Virus record (IMG/VR): IMGVR_UViG_3300037141_000314 | Span: 3,456 to 67,455 of that record | Strand: one strand, 5' to 3' | Length of the DNA: 64,000 nt | DNA from: a virus | In this document: one piece after another, positions 1 to 8,709 of the stretch | Layout: each line of letters starts with the position of its first letter | Numbering within the stretch: position 1 is the first letter of the stretch | Made by a program: the position numbers and the translations under genes | Notes under the pieces: generated by a model | The model's database searches: none | What the model was told of the DNA's origin: nothing | Seen by the model: the letters and a program-made list of their open reading frames with translations, nothing else

Positions 1-172
1 CTATACACGGAAATCGCCCGAGCAGGCGCATCGACCGCTGCCGTGGATCGACATAGCAATCGCAACTATCGCCCGGCTCGAATCTGCGGCGCTTACCGCG
101 GCCGCGGATCGTATGCGTCTTCGATCCGTTTTCGACGAATGGCGCGAACTGCCGCTTGAACCCGAGCAGCAT
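1..172 (-). CDS. ASCH/PUA-like domain protein (partial, runs off window)
   Basis: Manual translation from the ATG at 172, which overlaps the upstream TGA: MLLGFKRQFAPFVENGSKTHTIRGRG...FEPGD. The F-x4-F...G-x-K-x-x-T-I-R pattern is typical of ASCH-like phage proteins. Confidence 0.55.
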   Translation of the reverse strand, partial: MLLGFKRQFAPFVENGSKTHTIRGRGKRRRFEPGDSCDCYVDPRQRSMRLLGRFPCI

Positions 173-600
173 CACGCAACCCCCGCCAGCAGCGGCCGCG
201 CCGCGTCCTTGCGCGCCGCGCGGGTTGCGCGATGAAACGCCTCATCGTAATGAAGGTGGCACCATTGGCAATACGCCTTCAGGTTCTCGTCGCGGTCATC
301 GCCTGGCGTGTGATTAAGGTGCGCGATAGTGAGTACAACGTGGACCGTGCGCACGCCATTGCTCGCGAAAAGGCGGAGAGAGATAGGCTTGCCAGTGAGG
401 CACGATATCCACTTCGGATTTCGCCTGTGGGCTGCGCGCCACACCTGGCCACACGAGCCTGTGCTGAACACCTGGACATCGGAGCCATTGATCTTCAGGC
501 ACTGCTCGCAGCGGTGGGCTGCGCGCGTGAGAATGCGCAGGCGCGTGTTTTCCCACGCTTTGCCGCGGTAGTGATGGCGAAGCTCAGGACGGATCGGCAT
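172..600 (-). CDS. HNH-like phage protein
   Basis: Starts MPIRPE; contains CEQC ... VLTIAHLNH..DDRDENLKAYCQWCHLHYD (Zn-binding HNH motif). Confidence 0.75.
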   Translation of the reverse strand: MPIRPELRHHYRGKAWENTRLRILTRAAHRCEQCLKINGSDVQVFSTGSCGQVWRAAHRRNPKWISCLTGKPISLRLFASNGVRTVHVVLTIAHLNHTPGDDRDENLKAYCQWCHLHYDEAFHRATRAARKDAARPLLAGVA

Positions 601-823
601 CTGGATTCATCTTCTTGCCCGTAAACCTGATCACCAACTCGAAGTTGAAGTTGTCAGTACCCGGGATCCGCTCGAGGTCGTGAGGCACCTGGATTCCCTC
701 CACGTCGGGAAGCAAGCAAAGCCAGCCCATCGATTCCAGATAGTCTTCAACCGCGCGGAGCATCTTTTCTCCGGGCGTTTTCACCGCCCGCTTGCGGCTC
801 GCGACTGACGGACGCGTCGGCAT
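584..823 (-). CDS. hypothetical protein
   Basis: ORF coupled to both neighbours by overlapping start/stop codons. Confidence 0.45.
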   Translation of the reverse strand: MPTRPSVASRKRAVKTPGEKMLRAVEDYLESMGWLCLLPDVEGIQVPHDLERIPGTDNFNFELVIRFTGKKMNPDADPS

Positions 824-1329
824 CACCGCTTCTCCGTTCGGCCGAGCGCTTCGAACCGCTCGCCCCACGTGCGCGCCGCCTTCGCTTTTTCCGCGACGGA
901 TTCGGGCGTCTCCTTAATTTCCACCAGGTCCTTCATGTCCAGCCAAATGAGGGTTGAGCCTGCGTTGCCGCCATCGTCGGGCGGGTAGAACACGTGGACT
1001 GCATCCTTGAGTGCGTCCAGGCCCGTGATCATCGAAAACGTCGTCGTGAGCGTCTTGGTAAGGCCGTCCTGCAGGTAATCAACGGCTTCGGCGCCGCGCT
1101 TGTCTGTGGTGACTATGCCCCAGCTCTTTTCATCAGGATCTTTGTAGTGCCAACGGAATTTCATCTCTACGGCGCCGGTTGCCCGGTCCTCGACAATGAA
1201 TGCGCGAAAGAACGCAGGCGCTACGCGATCGCTCAGCAGCTCCGCAACGCTGTCATCCTGCACGATCATGCAGCGCAGTTTCTCGCGTGCTGCGTCCCAT
1301 CCGGCGACGAATTCGGGCGTGCTCATCAC
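823..1329 (-). CDS. hypothetical protein
   Basis: 168-aa ORF with globular-protein composition, translationally coupled to neighbours. Confidence 0.6.
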   Translation of the reverse strand: MMSTPEFVAGWDAAREKLRCMIVQDDSVAELLSDRVAPAFFRAFIVEDRATGAVEMKFRWHYKDPDEKSWGIVTTDKRGAEAVDYLQDGLTKTLTTTFSMITGLDALKDAVHVFYPPDDGGNAGSTLIWLDMKDLVEIKETPESVAEKAKAARTWGERFEALGRTEKR

Positions 1330-1601
1330 CCTTCCCCCGCGGCCGGATCCGCGTCGCCCGAGCGTGCGGCGCGTTCACCGGGCGCGCGCACTTCGCTGCC
1401 CAGCAGGAGCCGGAACGCCTCGCGGATGGCGGACCTTATGCCAAGCTGCCTAATATAAACGCTCTGATACTTATGGCCGGTCCTGTCCTTCACGCGCACC
1501 TGGAGTGAATCCAAATGCTCGACGATGTACGCAGCCCGCTTGTGCAGTGCCTCGGCCGTCATTTCGATTAGATCGTGGTGCGACGCCGGCGCGGTTCCCA
1601 T
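1326..1601 (-). CDS. hypothetical protein (probably leaderless)
   Basis: TACAAT -10 hexamer lies 7 nt before the ATG at 1601. Confidence 0.5.
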   Translation of the reverse strand: MGTAPASHHDLIEMTAEALHKRAAYIVEHLDSLQVRVKDRTGHKYQSVYIRQLGIRSAIREAFRLLLGSEVRAPGERAARSGDADPAAGEG

Positions 1602-1768
1602 GCCGGACATTGTAGCTCGAAAAGCGGCGGGGGAGTTACCGAATTTGGTAATTCACCGACCCCAGGCCGGATTCGAACTTTTTACGTTTTGACGGTTTTT
1701 TGCCGCGTCTTTGGCGTTTTTACGCGGTAATAACCCGGAAACAATCAAATACCGCAAATACCGCAAAA

Positions 1769-1803
1769 CGAACAAAGGCCGGGAACCTTTCGGCGCCCGG
1801 CCT
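1769..1803 (-). terminator. intrinsic terminator
   Basis: AGGCCGGG/CCCGGCCT stem followed by TTGTTCGTTTT on the minus strand. Confidence 0.65.
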
Positions 1804-1836
1804 CCCCTGGTTCGCCAGCGGGCTGCGGCGGATTCT

Positions 1837-2088
1837 TCACGGAGGCAAAACGTCCTCCGCTTCTCCGCTCTCGTGTGGTGGTTTTATGTGGTATGTCGCG
1901 CTAAAATAACCGTCGAGCGCGCCATCGACGACGCGTTCGAATACCACAAGTGTACGCCGGAACAGATCGCCGCCGGCGCGGAGATCCGGAGCGCGCTCGC
2001 CGATGCCGTGAAGGCCATCGTCGGGCGTCAGCGATCGGGCGCGGGTGAAGTCTGAGAAGTTTCCGCCGATGGGTGTATCGAGAGGCAT
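1837..2088 (-). pseudogene. rearranged Acb2/Tad1-like helical protein gene (internal inversion, C-terminus missing)
   Basis: Minus strand starts MPLDTPIGGNFSDFTRARSLTPD. The natural-looking continuation VERAIDDAFEYHKCTPEQIAAGAEIRSALADAVKAIV is on the plus strand at ~1912-2022. Confidence 0.5.
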
Positions 2089-2111
2089 GCTCAGAGTGTA
2101 GCGACACTCGA

Positions 2112-2303
2112 TTAGAATGCTGCGATTCGCTGATCGAGGATCCCCAGGTACGCCAACATGAAGCCGAGCTGCTGAATCAAACGCGAGCGCTCCTCTGTCG
2201 GCAGCGAGTTGAATATCGCGCCCCAAAGGAATACCTTGAGCTTGTCGCACTTCTCAGCGAGCTGCTCACGCTCGTCTATTACTCGCTGCTGATGGGGAGG
2301 CAT
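2112..2303 (-). CDS. crAss001_48-like small helical-hairpin protein
   Basis: MPPHQQRVIDEREQL..K.DKL..F....F..L...E...L..Q...M..Y..IL.QRIAAF matches the family pattern as recalled. Confidence 0.75.
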   Translation of the reverse strand: MPPHQQRVIDEREQLAEKCDKLKVFLWGAIFNSLPTEERSRLIQQLGFMLAYLGILDQRIAAF

Positions 2304-2312
2304 ACTCCGAGT

Positions 2313-2684
2313 ATGACGCGGTCAATCTGGATGGATCTCCCGGATCTCGTCGACCGGATCCCGGCCGCCGGCGACTACGTTGTCACCCGCGGCAAACGCG
2401 GATGGGGTTCGGCGTACCTGATCGTTGCGTGGCGGGAAGTTCGGCGCGTCGGCCGAAAAACGCCGGAGCGTAGATTCGCGCTTACGGTTCAGCCGGGGTA
2501 CCCGATCGAAGAAGCGCTTCGCTTCCGGCCGTGGGTGCTGGAGTGGTACGCGAGAACGCCGCGAGCAGGGAAAATTGGCAACGCGCCTGATGACACGGGG
2601 TGCTCGCGGGAGCAGACCGGCTTGCCGCGCTCCATATGCCAGCCGCCGTCGGCATCGAGGCGAAGGCCGCAACGCGCGCAATAG
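2313..2684 (+). CDS. hypothetical protein
   Basis: Starts MTRSIWMDLPDL; divergent from 2303 across a 9-nt near-palindromic spacer. Confidence 0.5.
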   Translation: MTRSIWMDLPDLVDRIPAAGDYVVTRGKRGWGSAYLIVAWREVRRVGRKTPERRFALTVQPGYPIEEALRFRPWVLEWYARTPRAGKIGNAPDDTGCSREQTGLPRSICQPPSASRRRPQRAQ

Positions 2685-2755
2685 GTCGGCGTCTTCCACG
2701 TCCAAACGCCGGTGCGCCGCAGTTCCTCTGGCAGATCTTTAATCCAGCGAAGCAT
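2489..2755 (-). CDS. small Cys-containing hypothetical protein
   Basis: CARC...C motif; TAAACT 6 nt before the ATG. Confidence 0.45.
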   Translation of the reverse strand: MLRWIKDLPEELRRTGVWTWKTPTYCARCGLRLDADGGWHMERGKPVCSREHPVSSGALPIFPARGVLAYHSSTHGRKRSASSIGYPG

Positions 2756-2952
2756 GCCGCGAGTTTAGCGCCGCCGGCTTTTTCTCGCGCGCGCGTAGGA
2801 CGTGTACCGTCGTGTCGCACGAGCGCGGGCGAAATCCGGCCGCGCGCTAATGCATACAAATGAATAAGTGTCGCAAAATGCCAATGTTTTGCCACTTTTT
2901 AGTGAATAGCCGTGCATTAAAGGGTCGTTTGCCGCACGCAAAAACGGGTGCT

Positions 2953-3597
2953 TCATTGTCTTGTGTTTCTGGTCGATTTTTTGCCCTTTTTGGGAGACGT
3001 TTGTTGCACACCTGAGAGGGCTGAACGGATCGTGGACTGCCCGACCCCCAAATCCCGCGCGATTTCGCGCCAGCTCGAACCCGCTTTCCGAAGCCGGCGA
3101 GCTCGATCCCTGTCGAATACCTTCCACCGCCTGCCGAGCTGAGCACCCTTTGCCCTGGCGATAGCGAGTCCCGCCTTCGTCCGTTCCGAGATTCGCGAAC
3201 GTTCCTGCTTGGCGATCCAGGCGGCAATTGCAATCATCAATTCGCCGGCGGGCCCCGTCGTCCGGAAGTGCGCCTCGGTCAGAGATTCGAACTGGACTCC
3301 ATAGCCGGTCAGTTTCTTGATGTGGAGGAAAGTCTCAGCAACGCCCTCGCGCGTGAAACGGTCCAGCGCCCAGACGAGGACCATATTGATCTCGCGGCGG
3401 CTGGCAGCTTCGAAGAGTTTGTTGAGCGCTGCGCGGTCGGCGTGCTTGCCGGTCTCGTGATCGATGAACTCGATCACCTTCCAGTTTTGGGACTCCGCAT
3501 AGCGGCGGAGCTGGGCGAGCTGGTTCTCTGTATCCTGGCCTTTGTCTTTCGTGGAGACGCGGGCATAGATCGCGGCGGTGATTGTCTGCTGCTGCAC
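2953..3597 (-). CDS. small serine recombinase (resolvase/invertase family) with C-terminal HTH
   Basis: YARVST catalytic motif, Q..L, LDRFTR, ERTKAGL..ARAKG..LGR, and HTH SWREIARDLGVGQSTI. Confidence 0.92.
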   Translation of the reverse strand: MQQQTITAAIYARVSTKDKGQDTENQLAQLRRYAESQNWKVIEFIDHETGKHADRAALNKLFEAASRREINMVLVWALDRFTREGVAETFLHIKKLTGYGVQFESLTEAHFRTTGPAGELMIAIAAWIAKQERSRISERTKAGLAIARAKGAQLGRRWKVFDRDRARRLRKAGSSWREIARDLGVGQSTIRSALSGVQQTSPKKGKKSTRNTRQ

Positions 3598-3965
3598 TCG
3601 CCTTTATCATCTCCCGCGTTGCGCGCAAACGCGAAACAATGAATTTCCTTGTCGCCGTCTTTGACGATCACAGGACTAAGCCGAAACAGGCCATAGCCAG
3701 CGTAGTTACACGGCTTGACCGCCGGATCGAACGCACCCTTCGCGCCCGTATATCGACCGATGCATTCACATGTTGCCGAACTGGGAATAGAGCCACGGTC
3801 CTTGTATTGACGGAAGTCTATGACCGCCGCGACGTTGCCACAGGACGGGCACTGGAAGCGCCAGTCATCCATGTTCGGACCGAACAGCCTGCTACCCTCG
3901 GCCATCCATTTGTCCTTCGAAACGGGGACGATCGACGACTGCATCTTGGATCTTTGCTCGCTCAT
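3474..3965 (-). CDS. VVA0879-like phage protein
   Basis: W..EG.RLFG....W.F.CPSCG...CIGRY....CNYAGYGLF.L.P pattern. Confidence 0.65.
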   Translation of the reverse strand: MSEQRSKMQSSIVPVSKDKWMAEGSRLFGPNMDDWRFQCPSCGNVAAVIDFRQYKDRGSIPSSATCECIGRYTGAKGAFDPAVKPCNYAGYGLFRLSPVIVKDGDKEIHCFAFARNAGDDKGECSSRQSPPRSMPASPRKTKARIQRTSSPSSAAMRSPKTGR

Positions 3966-4164
3966 GGTTGCGCCTCTCCCGCGTTTCGCTTCTCTTCCGC
4001 TTCATAGCGCCTCGCGCCGCAAGCATCATCGTCGCGACAAACGAGCACCTTCGCGATTTGCGTCTTACGCTTCCCTGGGAAGCCGGCCCATTCGGCGGTG
4101 ACGCGCCGCTCGACCATCACGCCGTCCGCGAACCCGCGCAGCTCGCAACCGCAAAGCGCGCACC

Positions 4165-4362
4165 TCACGAGAGCGCCCACATAACACCCACCACGAGCAG
4201 CGCAACCAAAACGCCGCCCGCGGCCGCGATGAGAAGCCACGCGAGCGCCTGGCGGACGTGGCGCGCGACGTCGCGCTGGCGCGTCTCGATCATCTTGCGC
4301 ACGTCCCGCCGAATGTAGTTATCGGCAGCGCTTTCACGCGGTCGGCGTTGCATCGCTGGCAA
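4165..4362 (-). CDS. small membrane protein
   Basis: C-terminal hydrophobic helix; lies within a coupled minus-strand gene run. Confidence 0.4.
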   Translation of the reverse strand: MPAMQRRPRESAADNYIRRDVRKMIETRQRDVARHVRQALAWLLIAAAGGVLVALLVVGVMWALS

Positions 4363-4649
4363 TGAACGCAGGTCACGGTTTTCACATTACCTCTTGACGT
4401 TCAGCCGAGGCAACAGGAAAATGCCCGACTCTTTAAGCGGCGCGACGCATCCGGTGAACGGCGTCGGCGGAACCGAGATTACCGGAGGCGGGCAGAAGAC
4501 CGGAGGAAACAGCGGCGGCGGCGGAAAGATTGTGAATAACACGAAGACGAGCGATTCGAACATGATTGATCCTTTGGGTGCGTGCGTTTGAGCGTAAAGC
4601 CGGTATATCCCGCCGGCGCGGTGAATTCGTGCTTTCGTGCTTTCGTGCT

Positions 4650-4823
4650 TTACGGCTTCGGTACTGGTTTCGAGATCTCGATCACATCGGCCGGGCCGGC
4701 CGTGATCTCGCGCGATTCGATGGTATGTGTCATCTCGTAGCGCTTCCTGCCTATCGAGAAGATCACCTTCGTGACGCGGATCTCGTCGGCCGGATCCGGG
4801 CGCGGGGTTAGGATGCGGCTCAT
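4650..4823 (-). CDS. hypothetical protein (57 aa, not in ORF track)
   Basis: Manual translation MSRILTPRPDPADEIRVTKVIFSIGRKRYEMTHTIESREITAGPADVIEISKPVPKP; ATGA coupling to the upstream gene. Confidence 0.45.
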   Translation of the reverse strand: MSRILTPRPDPADEIRVTKVIFSIGRKRYEMTHTIESREITAGPADVIEISKPVPKP

Positions 4824-5005
4824 TGAGTCAGCTCCTCTTCTTCCAGCTGCTCCAGTAAGTCATCCACAGCCGCTTCACGCGTCGCGCCGCGGCCGATCGG
4901 CCCGCGCTCTTCGGTGCCGTCGATCCAGGCCGCCCAGTCGAACGAGCGGACCGGGATCGGCGGAAACGCGAATTCAACGCAGATGCACAGGAATTCAGGT
5001 GGCAT
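4820..5005 (-). CDS. hypothetical phage protein
   Basis: PPIPVRSFDWAAW.DG.E..GPIGRGAT.EAA..DL, a recurrent small-phage-protein pattern. Confidence 0.55.
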   Translation of the reverse strand: MPPEFLCICVEFAFPPIPVRSFDWAAWIDGTEERGPIGRGATREAAVDDLLEQLEEEELTQ

Positions 5006-5386
5006 CAGAACCCCCTCGCGATGCCGTAAACAAGCGCAGCACAGCCGAAGACCATCACCAGATAAAGAACCACGCTGTATTTCGCGTGCCCGGGCTGCGC
5101 GGCTTCGAGGTCCGGATGCAGCCCCATCGCATCCCGCCACGTGGCCGGCACTTCCGGCTCGCGTTGCGTTTTCATGAGCGCCTCCCGTCAGCGTCTTCCG
5201 CAGGCAGTTCGCGTTTTGCGAACTTCGGCGGCGTCGGGATGCCGAGGCGCGTTTCGATCGTGGCGAGACGCGATTCGTGGGCGCGCCCCAGATACTTGAC
5301 CTTTGTGCCAATGTCTACGATCTGGCTCGCGACGTCGGCGACCCGGTCGAGTGTGACCTTATCGATGAGGCGCTGCAGTTTGCCTG

Positions 5387-6136
5387 TCATGACCTCACCA
5401 GACGAATTGACCGCCCAACCGCAAAACCGGGAATTTGCCGGCCTGCAGCGATCGCGGTTTTGATTGCGGTCTTGTCTTCGGACCAAGGCGCCGGCTTCGG
5501 CTCGCGCACGAACTCGCGGGCCAGCGGACCGGCCACCGAGGTATCGGGCACCACGCTCGGCGGATTGGGGCGCCGCGCGAGCGTGCTGGTCTCGCCATCG
5601 ATTTTGTCGAGGTTTGATGCCTCGAGGACCGCGAGAACATAATCCTCGAGGCGCTCCAGCTGGCGTTCGTCCCGCTGGACCCGTTTGGCCAGCCGATCGC
5701 GCTCCGCCTTGTCGGCCGCCAGGCGGTGCTCGAGGCCGGCTATCGCCGCGGCGGTGGCGTCGACCTTCTTGCGCGTGCCGGCAAGAGCCGAGATCAGCAT
5801 CGCGCTCAACTCGTCCTTTGCCTCAGGCGTAAGGTCTTCTTCGTCGAGGTCGCCGATGGTCCGGATAATCGCGTCCGTGCCTTCGATGTGCTCGCGCAGC
5901 GTGATCCGCTTCGGCACCACTGTCAGGCCGGAGGCCTCCGGTGTGGAGGCCTCCGGATTCGGATCGCCAGGCTGCCAGTCAATCGGCGGTGCGATCGCGA
6001 TGCCGTTGGTTGGCGCATCCTCGGGCCATCCGAAGTTCGCGTCGTAAGCCGGAGCGAATGAATCGAGTTCCGGCGCCGCGGCGATGATCGAAGCCGCGGT
6101 TTGCGCGGCGGGTTTGCGGGAGGCGGCGCTTTTCAT
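5387..6136 (-). CDS. siphovirus Gp157-like protein
   Basis: Coiled coil ending ...LARRPNPPSV...DKTAIKTAIAAGRQIPGFAV...L. Confidence 0.7.
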   Translation of the reverse strand: MKSAASRKPAAQTAASIIAAAPELDSFAPAYDANFGWPEDAPTNGIAIAPPIDWQPGDPNPEASTPEASGLTVVPKRITLREHIEGTDAIIRTIGDLDEEDLTPEAKDELSAMLISALAGTRKKVDATAAAIAGLEHRLAADKAERDRLAKRVQRDERQLERLEDYVLAVLEASNLDKIDGETSTLARRPNPPSVVPDTSVAGPLAREFVREPKPAPWSEDKTAIKTAIAAGRQIPGFAVGRSIRLVRS

Positions 6137-6726
6137 CGCGCACCGCCTTTGCCGCACTGGATCCAGCAGGAGATGGCCGTCGCGCGGACGTCCTCGCTGG
6201 AGAAGGTGATGCCAAGGCCTTTGCGATTGGCGTAGCTCTGTGCCTCTTGGATAGCGTCGATCGCCTGCATAAAGCAGCCCATCAGCTGGCTGGTAGCTGC
6301 GGGCGTTGGCCCAACGGGAGGCGCTGGCGGCGGAGGAAACGCTATTGGCGGAGGCGGCGGAGGCGGCGGCGTGGGCGGGACCGGGGTATGATAGCCGTTG
6401 CGTGACGTCGCGCTTTGAGCGGCCGATGTTGTAGTTTGCGCAATGGCGGGCGGCGCTGCTGGTACGGCGCTGCCTGCCCCAAATGTCCGGACGCGGATGT
6501 CGTTCGCGCTGGCCTTGACGATCTCAAATTCCTGCATCGCCTGAATGCCAGCCTCGCGGATCCGATCTGCCGCCGATAGCGGCAGGAAGGTGCGCCTGCC
6601 GTCGCAAAGCGTGAACATCACCTGATTCGGTGCGTTCGGTATCGTCGATTCGACGATCTTGCCGGTGGCGTATGTCAGAGAGATGACCTCGGGCACGCCA
6701 ACCTTGAGTTTCAAAAGTTCGGCCAT
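6133..6726 (-). CDS. hypothetical protein with polyproline linker (possible recombination/ssDNA-binding module)
   Basis: Beta-rich N-terminus, Pro-rich linker, helical C-terminus; adjacent to the Gp157-like gene. Confidence 0.55.
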   Translation of the reverse strand: MAELLKLKVGVPEVISLTYATGKIVESTIPNAPNQVMFTLCDGRRTFLPLSAADRIREAGIQAMQEFEIVKASANDIRVRTFGAGSAVPAAPPAIAQTTTSAAQSATSRNGYHTPVPPTPPPPPPPPIAFPPPPAPPVGPTPAATSQLMGCFMQAIDAIQEAQSYANRKGLGITFSSEDVRATAISCWIQCGKGGAR

Positions 6727-6990
6727 TTATCGCGTCCTCCGTTCCATTTCGATAAACGACTCTCCCCGCATCGCGCTGGAGGCCTCCGCGAAGATCTCGC
6801 TGATCGCGCAGTTCATGCGGCCGATCATGCGCTGTTCGGCTTCCGTGGCCGCCGCGAGTTCCGCCTCGATCGCGTCTTCGCTTTTGCTTTTCAGCGGCGC
6901 GTAAAGGCCGGGCACGGCCGCCTCCTGCGCGATTTGGCGCTGGCGCTGGCGGTTTCTGAATTGCGCCCATTCATTTGGTGTGATTCGCAT
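6727..6990 (-). CDS. hypothetical protein, first gene of the leftward early operon
   Basis: AAGGA-type RBS before the ATG at 6990. Confidence 0.55.
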   Translation of the reverse strand: MRITPNEWAQFRNRQRQRQIAQEAAVPGLYAPLKSKSEDAIEAELAAATEAEQRMIGRMNCAISEIFAEASSAMRGESFIEMERRTR

Positions 6991-7039
6991 CGTTTTTTCC
7001 TTTCGCGGGGTTTCCGCGTTTCCGACTTGCATACGTTTC

Positions 7040-7183
7040 TACCTACGTGGGTATAGCGTGACTGAAGTATTTCATACCTACGTGGGTATGTCAACGCTTG
7101 TTTTTGCTTCGGCCGAATTATTATTTACCGCGCCGTTCCCACGTGGGTTATAGTGGTGAGGAACGGGCGTACCCACGTGGCTA
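7040..7183. promoter_or_regulatory. four near-palindromic operators (consensus TACCYACGTGGGTA) in a divergent promoter region
   Basis: Copies at ~7040, 7075, 7136 and 7170. Confidence 0.8.
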
Positions 7184-7194
7184 AAATACTTGAT

Positions 7195-7356
7195 ATGGCA
7201 AAGAAGGAAAAGAAGGAATCGATAGGGGCGCAACTAGTGGCCCTCCGCTACGCGAAGATGACGCCGGAGGAAAGAAGTGAGGCCGCGCGCAACGCGGTAA
7301 CGAAGCGCTGGGCAGCAGTGAAGAAGAAGGCGGGGAAGGGCGGGGGGAAGAAGTGA
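7195..7356 (+). CDS. small basic protein with a 'TPEERSEAARNA...RW' motif
   Basis: 53 aa, Lys/Arg-rich; TAAAAT 7 nt before the ATG. Confidence 0.7.
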   Translation: MAKKEKKESIGAQLVALRYAKMTPEERSEAARNAVTKRWAAVKKKAGKGGGKK

Positions 7357-7441
7357 CGGTACCGGTACTTTTCGCGTTGCTATCCAGCGGGTGTGGTGTC
7401 AATTCTTGGGAGCGCGCAAAGACGCGCGGAGGAAAAAAACG

Positions 7442-7795
7442 ATGAAACGAATAATTGCACTTGCTCTTTGCCTTCTGATGCCGATTGCTGTTTTCGCCGC
7501 CGACGCTCCCGCACGCGAACAGCCTGCAGCGCAGACAAAAACGCATCATAAAGTGCTGGCAGCAGTGATGATTGTTAGTGGGGTCGCATTGGCCGGTTTC
7601 AGTGCTGTTGCTTTTTCGCGAGGCTGTCCGGCGCAAGAGCGCGCGCAACAGATCGGTCAGGAAATCGGTCAGATTGTGACTTCTAGTGGCTGTGGCTCGT
7701 CGTGGCTGGAACACAACAAGAATGTCATCGGCGGAACGACGGCGGGAGCCGGAGCGGCCCTGGTCGTGTCCGGCGTCGTGCTGTTGCGGAAGTGA
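7442..7795 (+). CDS. membrane/secreted protein
   Basis: GGAGG RBS, signal peptide MKRIIALALCLLMPIAVFA, two further hydrophobic segments. Confidence 0.65.
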   Translation: MKRIIALALCLLMPIAVFAADAPAREQPAAQTKTHHKVLAAVMIVSGVALAGFSAVAFSRGCPAQERAQQIGQEIGQIVTSSGCGSSWLEHNKNVIGGTTAGAGAALVVSGVVLLRK

Positions 7796-7799
7796 TCGA

Positions 7800-8018
7800 A
7801 TGACCGATTCCAGTCTTGTAAACGACATGTTTTCGCTCATTGGCTTTGTCGTGAGCATCATCTTTTTTATCTGGTTCGGGTCGACCTTGAGTTCCATCAA
7901 CCGCCATCTTGCCAACATTGCTGACCACTCAGAGCGGCAAACGAAAATGCTGGCAAGTGTCGCAAACGCCGCGCCCGGCCCGCGTGTGACCGTAGTAGCA
8001 GATGATCCATTGGATTGA
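7800..8018 (+). CDS. small single-pass membrane protein
   Basis: Hydrophobic stretch FSLIGFVVSIIFFIWFG. Confidence 0.55.
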   Translation: MTDSSLVNDMFSLIGFVVSIIFFIWFGSTLSSINRHLANIADHSERQTKMLASVANAAPGPRVTVVADDPLD

Positions 8019-8484
8019 AGAAGTCAGGCGACGAACCGAATCGCGGCGTGAACGGAGGCACATGAGCGACGAAGCGCGAGTCAACGATCAGCGGAAGCTG
8101 AACGCGATATTCCCCGAGATCGCGGAGAAGCTGCTCGCGCACGTCGAAAGCGATGCGGACCGCCTGCGATCGGCCCTCGGCCTGCGGCACGACGAAATGA
8201 GCGCGTCGCGGCAATGGACGAATCTCGTCGTCATGATGCATGGCCAGAAGAGCGTCCAGATGACCGTCAGCGTCGAAGCGCCGGTGCTGAAGTACTCCTA
8301 TGTCTTTACGCCGGGCCTGACGGCGACGCCGCGAAAGTGGAGCGGCTTTATTGATCTGAAGATGAGCGAACAGGGAAACCCTTATCTCGCGACCGAGCGG
8401 GAACGGTTCGACGGAATATGGCAGGCGGCAAAGTTCCTGCTCGCGCCGTTCGCGGATCCGGATTTTGCGCCGCCGGGCGTTTAA
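8002..8484 (+). CDS. hypothetical protein
   Basis: 160-aa ORF, coupled to the upstream gene. Confidence 0.6.
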   Translation: MIHWIEEVRRRTESRRERRHMSDEARVNDQRKLNAIFPEIAEKLLAHVESDADRLRSALGLRHDEMSASRQWTNLVVMMHGQKSVQMTVSVEAPVLKYSYVFTPGLTATPRKWSGFIDLKMSEQGNPYLATERERFDGIWQAAKFLLAPFADPDFAPPGV

Positions 8485-8523
8485 CCTTCCCTTTCCGCCC
8501 GCGAAACGCTAAAATGCCAGGGT

Positions 8524-8709
8524 ATGACCGACTGTGTAACGCGACCGAAGCCCGAGACGATCCAGCGCACGCCGAACGCGGAATGCTCCGCGTGCAGAGC
8601 GATGCGGCAGCACACCGCCGCCGAGTTCGAGAAGTACCATCCGGACGCGGGCCACGGCTTCGTGCCGGATCGCGGATGGACGAAGACAGGAATGGAGGGG
8701 AATCGCTAA
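8524..8709 (+). CDS. small Cys/His protein
   Basis: CSAC...H...HPDAGHG; TAAAAT 8 nt upstream. Confidence 0.5.
   Translation: MTDCVTRPKPETIQRTPNAECSACRAMRQHTAAEFEKYHPDAGHGFVPDRGWTKTGMEGNR

Noticed and set aside
1640-1680. tRNA gene suggested by GTTCGAATCC on the minus strand
   Set aside because: The 5' side of the T-stem and the rest of the cloverleaf are missing; kept only as a weak att-like fragment.
1711-2055. 114-aa plus-strand ORF as an intact gene
   Set aside because: Its 5' half crosses a terminator and repeat region and looks non-coding; only ~1912-2022 is protein-like.
4319-4350. GCCGATAA on the minus strand as a fifth sigma promoter
   Set aside because: No TTTGCACG at the correct spacing and no NTG at +6.
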